From Octopus sinensis (Eukaryota), in the NCBI RefSeq assembly GCF_006345805.1, contig NC_043008.1, positions 24,924,001 through 24,988,000 of the forward strand: a stretch of 64,000 nt of DNA. The letters are read 5' to 3'. The notes under the pieces were generated by a model. It made no database searches. It was not told the origin of the DNA and saw only the letters and a list, made by a program, of their open reading frames with translations. Of this stretch, positions 40,804-54,660 are shown one piece after another (position 1 is the stretch's first letter; every line of letters begins with the position of its first letter). The translations under genes and the position numbers were made by a program.

Positions 40804-43800
40804 CTAGCAAACGTACTTAGAGGGCTTAAGTTGCTTTGGTGATACTTTTTCGCCTAATAATTGAACTACCGAGAAGGATTACGCATAGCACGGCAATCTA
40901 TGTTTCCGATTAACCTAGGACCAGAAAACCAAATTGAAGGCTGGTTATTGTGGAGGTAGTTGCACTTTAATAACCATAGAATATATAAGTTTGTAAAGTG
41001 AGGCAAAGTAGAGCTACGGCAGGGTATAATGATTACAAAAGAGAATTTTCTTATCAGAATCAGCCACACAAGAGGTAGACGTTGAAACGTCCCCTCTGCA
41101 AGTTTATTTTATTCAACAGCAAAGGGAGCTATTTTTCGGAGTGAAGTATGATTGGTACATTCAAAAATGGCAATGTAATACCTACTTGAAGATGTAGAGT
41201 TAAAGGAATGTATTTGCTACGTGCTTACAGTGTACGACCAGTCTGAAATTGACTTCAGGTAATGAAAAATGAAGACGTGAATAGTTGGAATTCAGTTCAC
41301 GAATACTACTTTGAATCCTTAGCAGTTCGCCGAGAAAAGATGTCGCGTTGAAAGGCAGACAGATAAGTGTAAAGTTGTGATGTCGGTAAAAGTGAGCAGG
41401 ATACACGTATATACGTACTCCAAATAACTAGCCTGAGCTTTATTGTGAGCAGAGAGTTTACTTAGAGTTGTCCCTCTACATATAACGACAATCATTAATG
41501 AACTATCATGAAGGATTGAAAATCATCATGTCCGCCGCTAAGGCACAATGAAAATTGGAGAATGATTGCCTTGTAGTCCACACCACGAGGATGTAAACTC
41601 TTGTGGATCTCCCACGCCATCCCGCGCCGTCCCATGTCGGTGTATCAAAACAGCTTCTAAAGATTTGACATGAACAAACAGGTTGATGCATTGGTGAAGG
41701 AGGTAGCTATGTAGGAGGTAGCTTGTCATGTGAAAGGCAGAGTTATAAGCGCGAATGTTCTGTATAAATTGCTGTGAATCAGGATGTTGACCAAGAAGTA
41801 AAGACAGCAAAGGCTGAGGAATATTTTGCAGGTCAAGCAAGCGAACCTTTAACTCTACTTCTTCAAGTAGGTATTGCATTGCCATTTTTGAATGTACCAA
41901 TCATAATTCACTCCGAAAAATAGCTCCCTTTGCTGTTGAATAAAATAAACTTGCAGATGGGAAGTTTCAACATCTACCTCTTGTGTTGTTGATGATTTTC
42001 AATCCTTCATGATAGATATAGAACGTAGTGAAACTCACTGAGATTAACACTATTTTTAAATAGGCGACAAGATTCTCGAACTCACTTCAGGGCCTTGCAA
42101 AATGGACATATTACAGACATATTCTCCCGTAAAGTCTCTCGATAAGTTGCGTAATCCTCGGTAGGATCATAGTTGAGGGCCTTTGATGTTCCGGTGAACA
42201 TTAGACTCATCATCCGATGGTTAGCGTCATCTGCCAACCTCGCAGCAGAAGTGGATACAGCATTGCGTGCCCGACGGATAGCACTCTCTTCTGAGGTTTT
42301 TTCAGCCCACGTGGCAGAAGTGGATGCAGCGTTGCGTGCCCGAGAGTGGGCATTTGTGGGGTGTCTGCGGCCCTTGTTTCAGCAGCACGAACTCGATAGG
42401 TTTCACGCTGCTCTGGAAAATTGTTGCAGCTCTAGCAGTGGTAGCATTTTTCAACAGTCTACAAGGCCTATATCCTCAGTTTCTTTAGCCTGATAACACT
42501 ACTGCCTTACCGCTGCAGAAGACTTTCTCCAATGTATGCTCTCTTTCTATGTAGCATGCTTGTATTAACTGGAAAAGGAAAATAGGTTTTAGTATACCAA
42601 GTGATTATCGATTTTATTATAAGCTAACAAATGTCCCCTTATTCTGTTTTCACACATAGCCTGCGCATAAACTAACAGCAAATGGCATGGAGGTTTCTGA
42701 AAGGTACGTATATCTTTCTGAAAGGTACGTATAGTAGAAGCAAAACACTTATTTAAATTTTGATTCTTTGGGACGAATCATATGTGATTGTTTAAAAACG
42801 CTAGAACGGCAATGCTAAACCGTATTTGAAACAATGGACAACAATCAATATATCATAATGGATGGATAAATAAGCAACGTTAAAGTGAAACAACGTATTT
42901 GTAGGTAAACAAAGGTTTTAACAAATACAAGAGAGGAAATGGAACATCACCTTTCAAGTAACTTAATATGGGTAAAGATAAGCTTGCCGGAGATTAAGAT
43001 AGTTGTGTTGGATATTCATCGCATACAGTGTTGCTAGTCAATTTTTTAATCACTATCGCAGGTGGACAGTCGAAATAAATAAATAGACAAAATCCTTTCA
43101 CTTTTATAATATCCTCTAACCAAAACTCAAACAATACGCAATACACAAATAAAAATTATAGAAAGTAATGATTCACAATTACAGCATATAAATGAATAAT
43201 AAATGAAACAAATTGAAAACAACTAAGAAGTATTCTGTAATGCAAATATATAACCATATAGATTAAAAAGGTATGGAAAACAGTCGAAATGAATAGACTA
43301 AGTCCTTTCACTTTTAAAATATCCTCAAACGAAAACTCAAACTATACAAACCAACACATATATAAAAGATATAGAAAGCGATAATACAGAATTACAACAT
43401 ATAAATAAATAAGAAATGATAAATAATATATAAAAAAGTGATAGTCGCTAAAAAAATATTCTCTAATGCCAACGCTACTGCCTCTATACGGCTCTATTCA
43501 CTATAAGAACATATGGATTAAAAACGTATGGATGCCCCTACATACAAAAACTATGTACATACAACGAATTTGGATAAATCTTTTAAATTAACATACATAT
43601 TTATTTACATGAAAGAAAATTACCGGAGACATAACACGTGTTGTGCTAAAAATAACAACCGAATAAGATTTTAGGATAAATCTTTTAAATTAACATAAAC
43701 ATTTATTTATATGAAAGCAAAATGACAGCTTCTAAATCCTGTTTCCTGACAGGGTCACCGCTCAAGTGGACAGTCAAAATAGACAAAATCCTTTCACTTG

Positions 43801-43930
43801 TATAAAAAGATTACAAAATGACCATCCTTGAGGCATAAGTGATGTGTGTGTAAAGTTTGGAGAAAATAAGTTGAGAATTGTGGAAATGTATGCGTTAGTC
43901 ATTATACACACACATACTGTGATTTATATA
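40804..43930 (-). mobile_element. Helitron, internally deleted, inserted in (TA)n
   Basis: Minus strand RARNA repeats, ALNYDPTEDY...MSVICPFCKALK, and KVRLLDLQNIPQPLLSLL....FIQNIRAYNSAFHMTS (Helitron RepHel N-terminus). The 3' CTAG is at 40804-40807, with tandem subterminal repeats at 43063-43800. No helicase motifs seen. Confidence 0.75.
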
Positions 43931-43995
<65 letters not shown>

Positions 43996-44434
43996 GTGGG
44001 TTGTTTGTTTGCGTATATGTGCGACCGTGTGTATGTATATTTGTGTATGTGTATATGGTTGTATATATGTATAAGAGTATATCTACATTTGTACATATAT
44101 ATAAGTAAGTTAATGCATGTATTTAATTTTTCTAAGCCTAACTCTATGAGCATATTTTATACGCGTGTGTAATATGTTCGGTGATGTATGGTGTGTTTGT
44201 AAATAATCTAATTTATTAATAAAGGGAAAATACTTTTCTATTATGATCGTTCAAATAAATTATTTTCTGTTCATCTAAATTATAGTATTTGAAAGTGTTT
44301 CCTTTCATGGATTTAATTGTTTGTTTTGCCTGTTTTGTCCATCTAATAGCACCATGTTTAATCAGGAAATATTATAAATGTAATTTGAAATATACCTACA
44401 GTAAGGAAAGAACAAGTTTTGTTATTAATATTTT

Positions 44435-44580
44435 TAATTTAATTCCGCTAAGGTTGACTTTACCTTTCATCCTTTCGGAGTCGATAAACTAAGTACCAGT
44501 TGCTTACTGGGGACGATCTAATCGACTGGCCCCCGCCCCCAAAGTTTCGGTCCTGCTGCCTAGAGTGCAAAAAAATTATT
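44435..44580 (+). mobile_element. SINE (second family), 5'-truncated
   Basis: GTTGACTTTACCTTTCATCCTTTCGGAGTCGATAAACTAAGTACCAG...TAATCGACT conserved central domain and an A-rich end. Confidence 0.7.
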
Positions 44581-45084
44581 GTTTCTGGACCAAACGAATG
44601 AATCTATTTTCTTTATTTCTTCTTTTTCAAATGAAAGGTCAGGTCCGGCAAACGAACTTTTTAATTGAAGAATTTTTGTCGATGCAAACTTTCACTAGTT
44701 TCATCGAATTGCGGCTTGTCCTAAAAAGAATGTTACCCAGTCGTATTAAAATAACAAACAGCTATTCAATATTCGTAGCAACAGTCATGCAATATTCAAT
44801 CAGTTTTCTTTTATCATTTAATTAATAAAAAGTGAACGAATTTGCTACGTTCTGGAAGAAATATCTTGCAGGATTTGCTTACTTGCTTTGTGGTATAACT
44901 GACTGGCTAACTTTGCTTTTCTTCGTTTTATCGTATCGAAGTCAATAAATGAAGTACCATCTTGGGGTAGTGGATTGTTCGGATCGTTCAGAATGTTCGG
45001 ATTGTCGCGCGTACTGCCATGCAATAACTTTCACTCTGTCTGTCTACCTGCCTGTCTGTCTGTCTGTCTGTCTATCTGTCTCTC

Positions 45085-45125
<41 letters not shown>

Positions 45126-48100
45126 ATCTCTGGATTTTGGACTCTATGTTTCGATATTGCCTAAGGATTTAAGCACAGGTTACAGCTAATCACCCAACTT
45201 ACGCCAAGAATTGATTATAACTACTGCATTGGAGGGAAGAAAATTCTGACCCTCTATGGCTGCAATCGAACGATAATGGTCATGAGTGAAAGGCAGTTCT
45301 AATTTAAAGAAAAATAAAACTGATTATCATATAAAGCTAATATACAACGCTTAAATCCAATTCACTATAGTCATACAGCTAATAATCTTGGCAACCAATG
45401 ATAAATGTCGAACAATCTCATTTCTCTGTACTACTTCTCCATTATTTGTCAAGTGGGTAGTCACTACACACATAATACCAGTCTGTTAATCATTTTTTGT
45501 TTTAGTTTATTTTTCTATGTTGTACCTTAAGTATTTTTCTTTTATTCTCCAGTCAAAGAGTTAAATAGGGAGATATGGAACGTGTAGTGACAGAATAAAT
45601 AATGCGTTAATTGAAATCGTGCTGTCAAAAGGTGAAGAACTTCTATTGTTGAATGCACTTATTTCATCCAGATTTTTTTATTGTCGAATCTCAGAAAAGC
45701 TTCTGATTTAAAATTTCTTTGTCAATGAGGTTTTCAATAAAAGACACTTTGCCCATTTTATGTCATAATTCTTTTTTTCATATTATTGAATTCCCATAGA
45801 CATCACAAAGAAATAATCAGAAAATTTATTTTCTTCTTTATGACAAAATAATTCGAATTGATGTGGCCAAGGAAATGTCATGAATAATAATTAGCGTTGA
45901 GTTTCGTTGGCGCCACGTCCCTTTCTCAGTTGCCGTGTTTTACTTGAGCGAATAAATATAATGATCGTCTTTTACATTAACATTAAAAATGAGAAGTAAT
46001 TACAAGATGTTGATCTGCAAGAATTTTTATTCATTCACAAGGTATTGGCCAAACTATGGCTATAGTAGAAGATAATTACTCAAGCTACTACACAATGATA
46101 TTGTATCTGGAACCACGTACTTGTTCAACAATCTTCTTAACTAGACAGTCATACCTTCGTCAATGAGTGCTTTTGTGTAGTTGCATATGTATATGACTTT
46201 CTCTATCATGACATATATTTCCTCTTTTAACAATTTCATTACTTCACAGAATATGGGACGTTCTGATTTATTAATTAAAAGAAAGAGGATATGTTTATTT
46301 CAATACATATGTTTTTTTTTCTAATACCTTAGTAGATTGTGTTAGAATGGAATACTGTATGTAAACATTAGAGTATTATATTGCTAAAATGAATAATTTT
46401 TTTATATAATTAATCAGGTCATTTTAAACTGAATTATAAGCAGTTATATCCTGTAAGTCGGTTTCTAAGTAGTCTATCATATTGTCATTTGGTAAATTTG
46501 CAGAACCGTTAAAACATGTGACAATTTGATCTCCAGTATTTGCTGAAGCTTTGTACATCCTGTGTTCTAATTCCGCCAATATCAAACGTGTCATTTGCTT
46601 TTTTCTGAAGTTGATAAAATATATTACTAAAAAAATACTGGAGTACATTTAATTAACTAATCCTCTCCACAGATTTGTTACCTTGATCTTCTTTAGATCC
46701 TTTTAGCTAGTGCTTTGTAATGCTTGTAAAATTTGCACAATTTTACATAAAGACTCTCTGAATTAAGTCTTTACTTCGGATACAATTTATGTCTCATTTA
46801 GTTCCTTTACATGAGGATGTTTAAATATCTACTCATAGTTGTTGTGCTAAATGTTCAATATTTTCTGAAGCAATAAGTGAAATTCACATTGTAATCTTCC
46901 AGGGAGTCGAGATCATGATTTGGTATAAACTTTTATTGAAGACGTTTCATATTAGTTTACTATTGTGCCCTTGAGAAATGTATGAAGTTCACAATATACC
47001 ATTTTCTGTAATCTACTTATACTAAAACAATAGCTAACATTATTTCTCAGAAAAATATAATGGTTAATTAATTTCATTTGCATTGGGCTTCATAGTGTAT
47101 CATGATGGATGAACCCGGAAAGATTTCACCTTTACAGACAAAAGAGTACTATACAAAGAAATATTTTATAAAGAACCGATTATACTTAATTTCTTTCGTA
47201 GAATAAATATACAACGCTTCAGGCAGAAACTACATCGTTAGAATATAACATTAATTGCGAAAAATGTATCTTTATTGAAAATATGTTCTTGGCAACATAG
47301 TCTTTGTTACATATAGTGGTTCCAATTCAATTTTCCTGCTACATCGCTGTTTGGGAATAACATTGAACAAATGATGTAAAGAAATAAAATTGTTTTCAAA
47401 TATCTTTAAATTAAAAAAAATAGGAGGACGTTAATTGAAATTCAAAGAGCATAGATACCATGTATTGTGAGGGTAAATCAATTAAGTTGGAGGAAATATT
47501 TGGAGTAAATTGAATTTACATTTTGCAATGTTAAATCGATAGTAGTTTCGATGCAACCTTTGCAAAATACAAATTATATCCTGGCAACAAGAAAAATTGT
47601 ATTCTTTTATCTGTAAAGGTGAACTTTAGCAATTTTTTTTCCTATGATGCAAACTTGAAATGACGTATATAATATACTTGTATCTAAGCAGTCGTAAAAA
47701 GCTAGACTTCAGAAAGGTTAGAGGAATTATAAAGTTTACGTTAACTTGTAACAAAAGATAATAAAATATAATTGAAGAACCAAGCATACATATCATTCCA
47801 ATAATTGAATTATCAATTTACTTGCCAAATAAACTAGGATCAGAATAATTATGATCAACAACTAAAGTATCAAATAGAATTATTCAAATTATAATAAATT
47901 AATCTAATGATTAAAAGTGTATTCATATATGAGAAAGAGCTATTCACTTTGGTAATGATGTTCAATGATTACCAACAAATACACCGCTAAGAAAGATTCA
48001 TCACTTGGAAAATTGAAATTAATACATGTTACACACACGCGCACATGCGCGATGAGTTTTCAACCATAATAGTGAAGCAGATTCTCAGTTAACTAACCTG

Positions 48101-50509
48101 TGTAGTATAGTTTGGAAACGTACCAAATATTTTCCGAGTGCAGAGTAAACTGATTTCGTTTCAATAGACAAACAGGTTTTGTAAAAGGTTTGCCTTCTAT
48201 TTATTTGGTCCCTCTATATTATCCGTACAAAGTATGACTATTATTCCAAGACAACTTGGAATCAGAGCTACTGCTGTTAGAGAAGAAATTAAAATATGCA
48301 CGTTGTATTTTCTCTTCTAAATATATAAGGAGTTTAGCCAAATAAAAAAGTAGAAAATATGTATCTATTCATCGATAAATATTGTAAATCAAAAGCTTGG
48401 ATCATAGAAAGCGTTTGATACATATTTCAAAACATTTATCTTAAAACATATTTCAAAATATTATATTATTTATGGCTCTGTGAAAATCATGAACGTTACA
48501 ATATCTCCTTTCCATTACTACAATGTACCTGTAGGTTCCAGCAGGAGTTATAACTTTTACCAGCATAGACTACCACAAGTTCCTTAGAATAGGATTGCTG
48601 CAATATATGATCTTGTAATCTAAAAGTATTTGAAATATCTGATATTCCGTCAAATCAAAGAAGAGAATCTTAATTTGTCACGTTCTCTTAGATCTTTATA
48701 TTAATTCTATGTATATCATTTCATTTTGTTTATTTCTGTATATACATTTTGCAATATTTCTCTCTAAATCCCAATATACAAAATGTAAAACGTCTGTTGA
48801 GGCTGGAAGTATGTAAAGCTTACGTCACTGATGTCAAACGCTATTCGGCGTTTTGTTTTCTTCTTTGTTTCGGGACATATCTCACATTAAAATTCATATA
48901 AAGCTATTTAATTAAGATTAACGAGAATTGTTTTGGGATAGAACTGAAATCCCCGCTGGTTGTTCAACATACAATTATCTTTTATAGCTTGGAAGCGAAC
49001 GAATAACAATCAATCACATATTATCGTCTATGTTTTGTCGTTGTTACCATCATTTTTATTTCTATCGCTTCTAGTTTACTTTTTTTCAATCTCAACCTGT
49101 TAAATCAAATTAATTTAAACTAAAAGCTTTTGTCATGTTTGATTCGTAGTTTTTATTTAAAGTTTCTAAGTGAATATTTTTCAAACTTCCTAATTGTCAT
49201 TGGAATAGATTTGACGATTGGGTAAGAATTAAAATTTCTGGATCGCTGGAAAGGCGGTCGGGACTCAATAATTCTTCTCAACATGTCTTAATTCAATAGC
49301 TTAGTCATCCGAAATTATTTTTCTGCAAGAATTTACAGTTTATATTATTTATCAAATACATACATGCACAATTGATAGAGTGACATTGACGGAATAATTT
49401 TATTTCATTTGTCAATTATACACGAAGATACACATATTTACATACTTGCCAATTAATTTTAATATTTACTAATGGAACATATTGGCTACACACACACGCA
49501 CACATACACATACACACACACGCACATATATATACATACATATATACATACATGCATAGATACATTCATACATATAAGGATACATACATAGGATACGCTT
49601 AAACTAACAAGATTTTTAAAAAGTTAGTTGGGCCAAAGAATAATATAGAAATAATATGATAGATAAAATTACGCAGATATGCATATCTGTATGTGTGTAT
49701 GTATGTACACATCCAATAGACACATGGACACATGTGCGCGCGTTCTCTCGCACTCACACATATATTAGTTCGCAAAATCAAAGCTAGTGTTCCTCTGAGC
49801 TAGCAGATCGGGTATCCCCACTACTGAGGCACATCAACCCGTGCATCTTACTAGTACTTTATTGCGTCCAAACCTCCCAGTCTCACACTAACTAGTATGT
49901 CGAGTCTTTTCTACCCTGAACATCGGTTCTTTTTTATCTCCTCAATGCTCATATCTTTCCTGTATGAGTTGACCTACAAAAATTTTAAACGGAATGTTAA
50001 TGTCATCCACATCATTACTCTCTGAAGGACTCTAAACTTTCCGGGTACTGCAATTCTTCAAGACTCAACAAGTTTAAAGTATTGGCATTGAGCACTTCTC
50101 CAGAGAGCTCAACAGAAATTTATCTCTACGGGACACATTAATAGATAGATTCAGGGAATAACGACGGAAGAGCATAACCGTTCCTATTCACTTGTCACTA
50201 CAGAAAATTCATAGTCAACTCACTATTAATCAGAAAGCATTCTGCTATGTCGGAAACGGCCAAGCCAAATCCGTTCACGGTTGACCGTCTAATAATAGTG
50301 AGGAATGAGCTACCAATATTCCAGTTTCAAACAACAAAATCACATTTAGTAATTAAACTTTTGAAAGCAGTTAAGTGATTATACACAAGAATAAAAGTTC
50401 AGAGCATATGAAAGGAATCAAAGAAACTATTCTAAAATGATACAGAGGGAATCTGATCTCTAAACCGTAAGAATAATTGTAATAGTCTGATTGAGATAAT
50501 ATTGATTAA

Positions 50510-50845
50510 GATTTTGGTACAATGCCAGAAAGTTCTGGAAAGGTTTAAGTCGATTACATTGACCCTAGTACTCAACTGGTACTTATTTTATCGACCCCAA
50601 AGATGAAGGCAAAGTTGACCTCAGCGGAATTTGAACTTAGAACGCAGAGAGGGATGAAATACAGCTAAGCATTTTGCTACCTTGAAATCATTCTTTTCTA
50701 TTCTTGGCACAGGGCCCGAAATTTTGTGGTAGGGGGCAGTCGACCACGGCCAAATTTGAACTCAGAACGTAGCGACTGACGAAATACTGCTAAGCATTTC
50801 GCCCGGCGGGCTAACGTTTCTGCCTGCTCGCTGCCTTCCGCCTTA
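50510..50845 (-). mobile_element. Two tandem SINE copies (second family)
   Basis: Two GAGTTCAAAT-type B-box heads on the minus strand. The second copy is flanked by a likely target duplication CCTTGAAATCATT / CCTTAAAATCATT. Confidence 0.7.
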
Positions 50846-51874
50846 AAATCATTGAGATAATCTTATAGCAATTTAGGCATGTTCTTTTTACCAGAACGAC
50901 AGCTTGAGAATTTAATGTCGTAATGCCTCAGTCTAGGTTTCATTAGCTAATATGTTTAACAATAGCATTTAGAACGTAATATTGAGTATAATATAGAAAA
51001 ACATAGACCCATCAGACCAATAAGCATCTTACTTTTACATGTACATGTATTTGTAAAGAAAAATATTCAAGAAAAGTGCCTCAAAGTGCCTCAAATTCTC
51101 CCTGGAACTGCGAAATAAGAAATATAGACTATAGTTCAGGGTACTAAGAAAGATCTTGTGTAAACCTTCTTGAATCATGCACAGGAGTAACAGCTCGGAA
51201 AATAAGTTAACGTTGACACAGCAATAGTGAAAAGAAATTTCCATATGTTTCCATCAAATGCACTTGATTAATACGATGGTCGAATCCATACAGTCGGTGT
51301 AAAAAATATATCTACACATTTTTTATGATTCAGTGCTAAGGCAAGTAATTGAATCATTTATATTCGATAATACAATTTAGCGATATGCTACATTTCTTCT
51401 TTTCGTGTTTTCCTGAGAGATTGTGGGACATTTCTTGTAATAATATTTATTTTCTATCTGTTTTTCTTTTCTTTTACAAATGTATTAGTTTCAGCTGTAA
51501 GTCGAAATAAAGTATAGCCAATGCTATATACTTTAAACAAGCATATATTTTACCATCTCTTAGATAAATTCTATGAACATATACATAAGAATATACGTAC
51601 ACACACACACTCATGCATGCATACACACAGACACTCGTACACGTTTGCACCTCCTACATGCATACATAGGTACATATATATATATATATATGCATATATA
51701 TATGTATATATATATATATATATATGTGTGTGTATGTGTGTGTATGCATAGCGTGAAAGAGAGAGAGGCACACAGAGACATGTACGCCCATAAGCACGCA
51801 TATACAAATGCACTGATATACATAAAAGCATACGCTACGCATGTATATATATATATATATGCATCAACAAACTA

Positions 51875-52085
51875 GCATTTGTTTTTTCTTACAAGTTATT
51901 AGAACAGCAGAAACATTTGGTAAATTATCCTTAGGCAGCGGAAAAAAATTGTCTACAAAAAGCTGAGACTCGAACCCATATCCCTTGAGGATTCCGCCCA
52001 AGTGCTCTACCATTAAGCGAAACTGCCCGTCAACGAATTAATCCCCTTTTTAGACGCTTTTAAAGCTAATTGTGCAAACGCGTGT
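51875..52085 (-). repeat. Dispersed repeat containing an internal tRNA-like module
   Basis: Reverse complement GGGCAGTTTCGCTTAATGGTAGAGCACTTGGGGCGGAATCCTCAAGGGATATGGGTTCGAGTCTC (A and B boxes). Homologs at 52135-52260 (+) and 53670-53885 (+). Confidence 0.6.
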
Positions 52086-53669
52086 GTATCAATATGAACA
52101 AATTAACATTAGTTGTTTTAATAAGTGCCGAAATTTTCGAGTCCCATAACTGCTAGTTAACAAATTTCCCCGCTTTGTAAGGGTAATTCATCCAATATTT
52201 CTGCTGTTCTAACGGCGTCTCTGCATTCAAAAATTAATTATCTTATTTATATTTTGATATACATATTTCGGCGCTTATAAAAAAACTAACTTTAGTTTGT
52301 TTATAGGATCTATTTTTTTTTCATTTTCAAAATATGCATGTTTTAAAAGAAAGTAAAAAATCTGAATATTGGCTATAGTAATGTAGTCTTCCATCCTCAT
52401 TGCTATGCAGGTATGATGTTGTGGAGAAAAAGATTGAAGGCAAAAGTTACAGCCGTTTAAAAATCGGAACGACTCTGTATCTTTAGCCAATTGCGGGACA
52501 TAAATTTTCTGCGTTTAGCGGAGCAGTGTCAACTTTAAGGTTGTATCTTGTGAAATTTATAGGCTAGCGTCTAAATAAACAGAAATACCTAATAAAATCA
52601 ACATATATCATCTTACTGTTTCTTTTGTCTCCTCATTCATTGTATGTTTTTATTATTTTTTTTAATTTGTTCTATTAATATATTTGTCTGCATGTGTTCG
52701 TTTTATACGTATTTCAGTATTATGTTTACCTGTCATGCATTTGTGTGCATCATTAGTATGTAGGTTCATCTAGATGCATGTATTCATATATAAGTTTATA
52801 AGTACATTTATGCATTTATGTGTGTGTCTATGTGTGTGTGTGTCTTCAAAATTCCAAAGTTGAGTAACGTTTTTATGCTTCGATTTGTAAACTACGATTA
52901 GAATAACACTGGTCAACAGCGAGGTTGTCCCAAGGTAAAGAATACCTGTATCGTATATATGTTTTGCCTGCAGAATTCAAAAATATTGTCAAATTATCTG
53001 TATCGGCCACAGTTTCTCTGTTCCACGATATTCCTTTCAGTTCCTGTTACGCGGGCTAAATTTCAGTTAAGCTCTTGAAACGTGAAGTTAAAACTTTACA
53101 AAAACTCCTAATTTAAATTTTTATGAATAGAATTAACCTGATGAAATCATAAATCCAGCTTTCTGAATCAATGAATCCCTGAATATAAATGAAAAATATA
53201 TGAAATTAACAATATGTAAAAGTACTAACACAGAAAAAGCACAGAAAAATACTAACACATAAAAGCACAGCAAAATATGTAATATACTAACACACCGAAA
53301 AATTAAAACAAAACGCGAGGGTGAAAAGATTCTCGTGGTGTGAAGAATCAAGTGCCAAAAATCAACATAGAACAACGTGCGGCACAGACAACAGTGAAGT
53401 GAACCACAGCATAGCGTTCGGTTGTTATGGTAACAAGCTGCTAATGCCACGCTACCTGTTGATTGATTAAAATTACCCAAATCTCTCAAATTTAATCCCC
53501 CAGAACATCAGATTCTTTAATTTACGAGATAAAGCAATTGGTTGGTCGTAATCAAAATTCAGAGTTGCATCGATACACCAAAATTCACTGCAATCTGAGC
53601 AAAGTTAAAGTGGGCTCATTTTGTGAATAAAAAAGACTAGATCCTGTTTATATCTATATGTGTCTGGTT

Positions 53670-53885
53670 ACACGTTTAGCTTTAAAAACGTATTAAAAAA
53701 CGGGTTAATTTGTCGGCGGCCAATTTAGCTTATCGTAAAACACTTGGCCGGAGTCTTAAAGAGATCTAGGTTCGAGTCCCATAGCTGTTTGTTGACAAAT
53801 TTTCTCGCTTCGTAAGGGTAATTTCCCCAATGTTTCTACTGTTATAACGGCGTTCGAAAGTTAATTACCATCTTATTTTTATCTT
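53670..53885 (+). repeat. Second full copy of the tRNA-like-module repeat
   Basis: TTAGCTTTAAAA.CGT...TTTAGCTTATCGTAAAACACTTGG...GGTTCGAGTCCC...AAGGGTAATTT..AATGTTTCT.CTGTT, ending in (TA)n. Confidence 0.6.
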
Positions 53886-53924
53886 TATATATATATATAT
53901 ATATATAATATATATATATATATA

Positions 53925-54291
53925 CTAGCAGTATCGCCCGGCGTTGCTCAGGTTTGTAAGGGAAATAACTATAAAGCATTTTTAGAGAGTTATAGCCAAA
54001 AAATAGCAAAAAAATGGAAAAAAAATTATGGTAAATTTTTTTTGAGTTAAAAAAGGTGGAGTTGCGTCCCCTAGACGGTCTGTGGTTTGGGTTTCTGATT
54101 CTCGACCCCATGTCGAATTTATCGATTTTTTTTCAGAACTGGGGGAACTTTTCAAAATTTTCGCTGCGTTAGTTTTGAATTATGACATTGGGCTATGTGT
54201 GTGTCAAGTTTCATCAGAATCGGTTGAAAGCCGTGGTCAGAGTGAGGGTACGAGAAAACAGACACACAGAAAATGCACAGTCAAAACTGCC

Positions 54292-54300
<9 letters not shown>
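53925..54300 (-). mobile_element. Non-autonomous Helitron
   Basis: Terminal CTAG (53925-53928) with an adjacent GC-rich hairpin CCCGGCGTTGCTCAGG. The opposite end merges into (TA)n. Shares a TGTGT..AAGTTT....AAT..GTTGA subterminal motif with 43845-43875. Confidence 0.65.
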
Positions 54301-54336
<36 letters not shown>

Positions 54337-54660
54337 TATATAATTATATGCTTAAATATTAGTTGTTATACACTGGCCACTGTTATAATCATTTTAATGA
54401 TTATATCCTCAATCCATATGCATATATAATTTCGAGTTCTCTGGTCATTATATTTGCTCCTGGACTATTCTAGCAGTAGCCGCATGGGTGAGATGGGAGA
54501 TTAGATATAATATATGCGTGAAAAATGTATGTATATATTGGTATCTGTATGCAAATATTTATCGGTATGTACATATATATTTCACTTACATATTGTCGGT
54601 ATACTTCTACTGAAGAGTGTAAAGTAACTTTTATTACAAAACAAAATCTTAAGATATAGA

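Noticed and set aside
43063-43800. Spaced direct repeats resembling a CRISPR array
   Set aside because: Eukaryotic context; the intervening sequences are themselves homologous; these are Helitron subterminal tandem duplications.
46300-47900. Possible Charlie/Buster-type hAT relic (IHYEAQCK, IVNFI on the minus strand)
   Set aside because: Isolated short motifs and no identifiable termini.
49780-50330. Possible L1 endonuclease-region relic
   Set aside because: No intact diagnostic motif could be read.
51950-52030. Functional tRNA gene
   Set aside because: The acceptor stem and anticodon loop are non-canonical, and the copies are diverged parts of a dispersed repeat.
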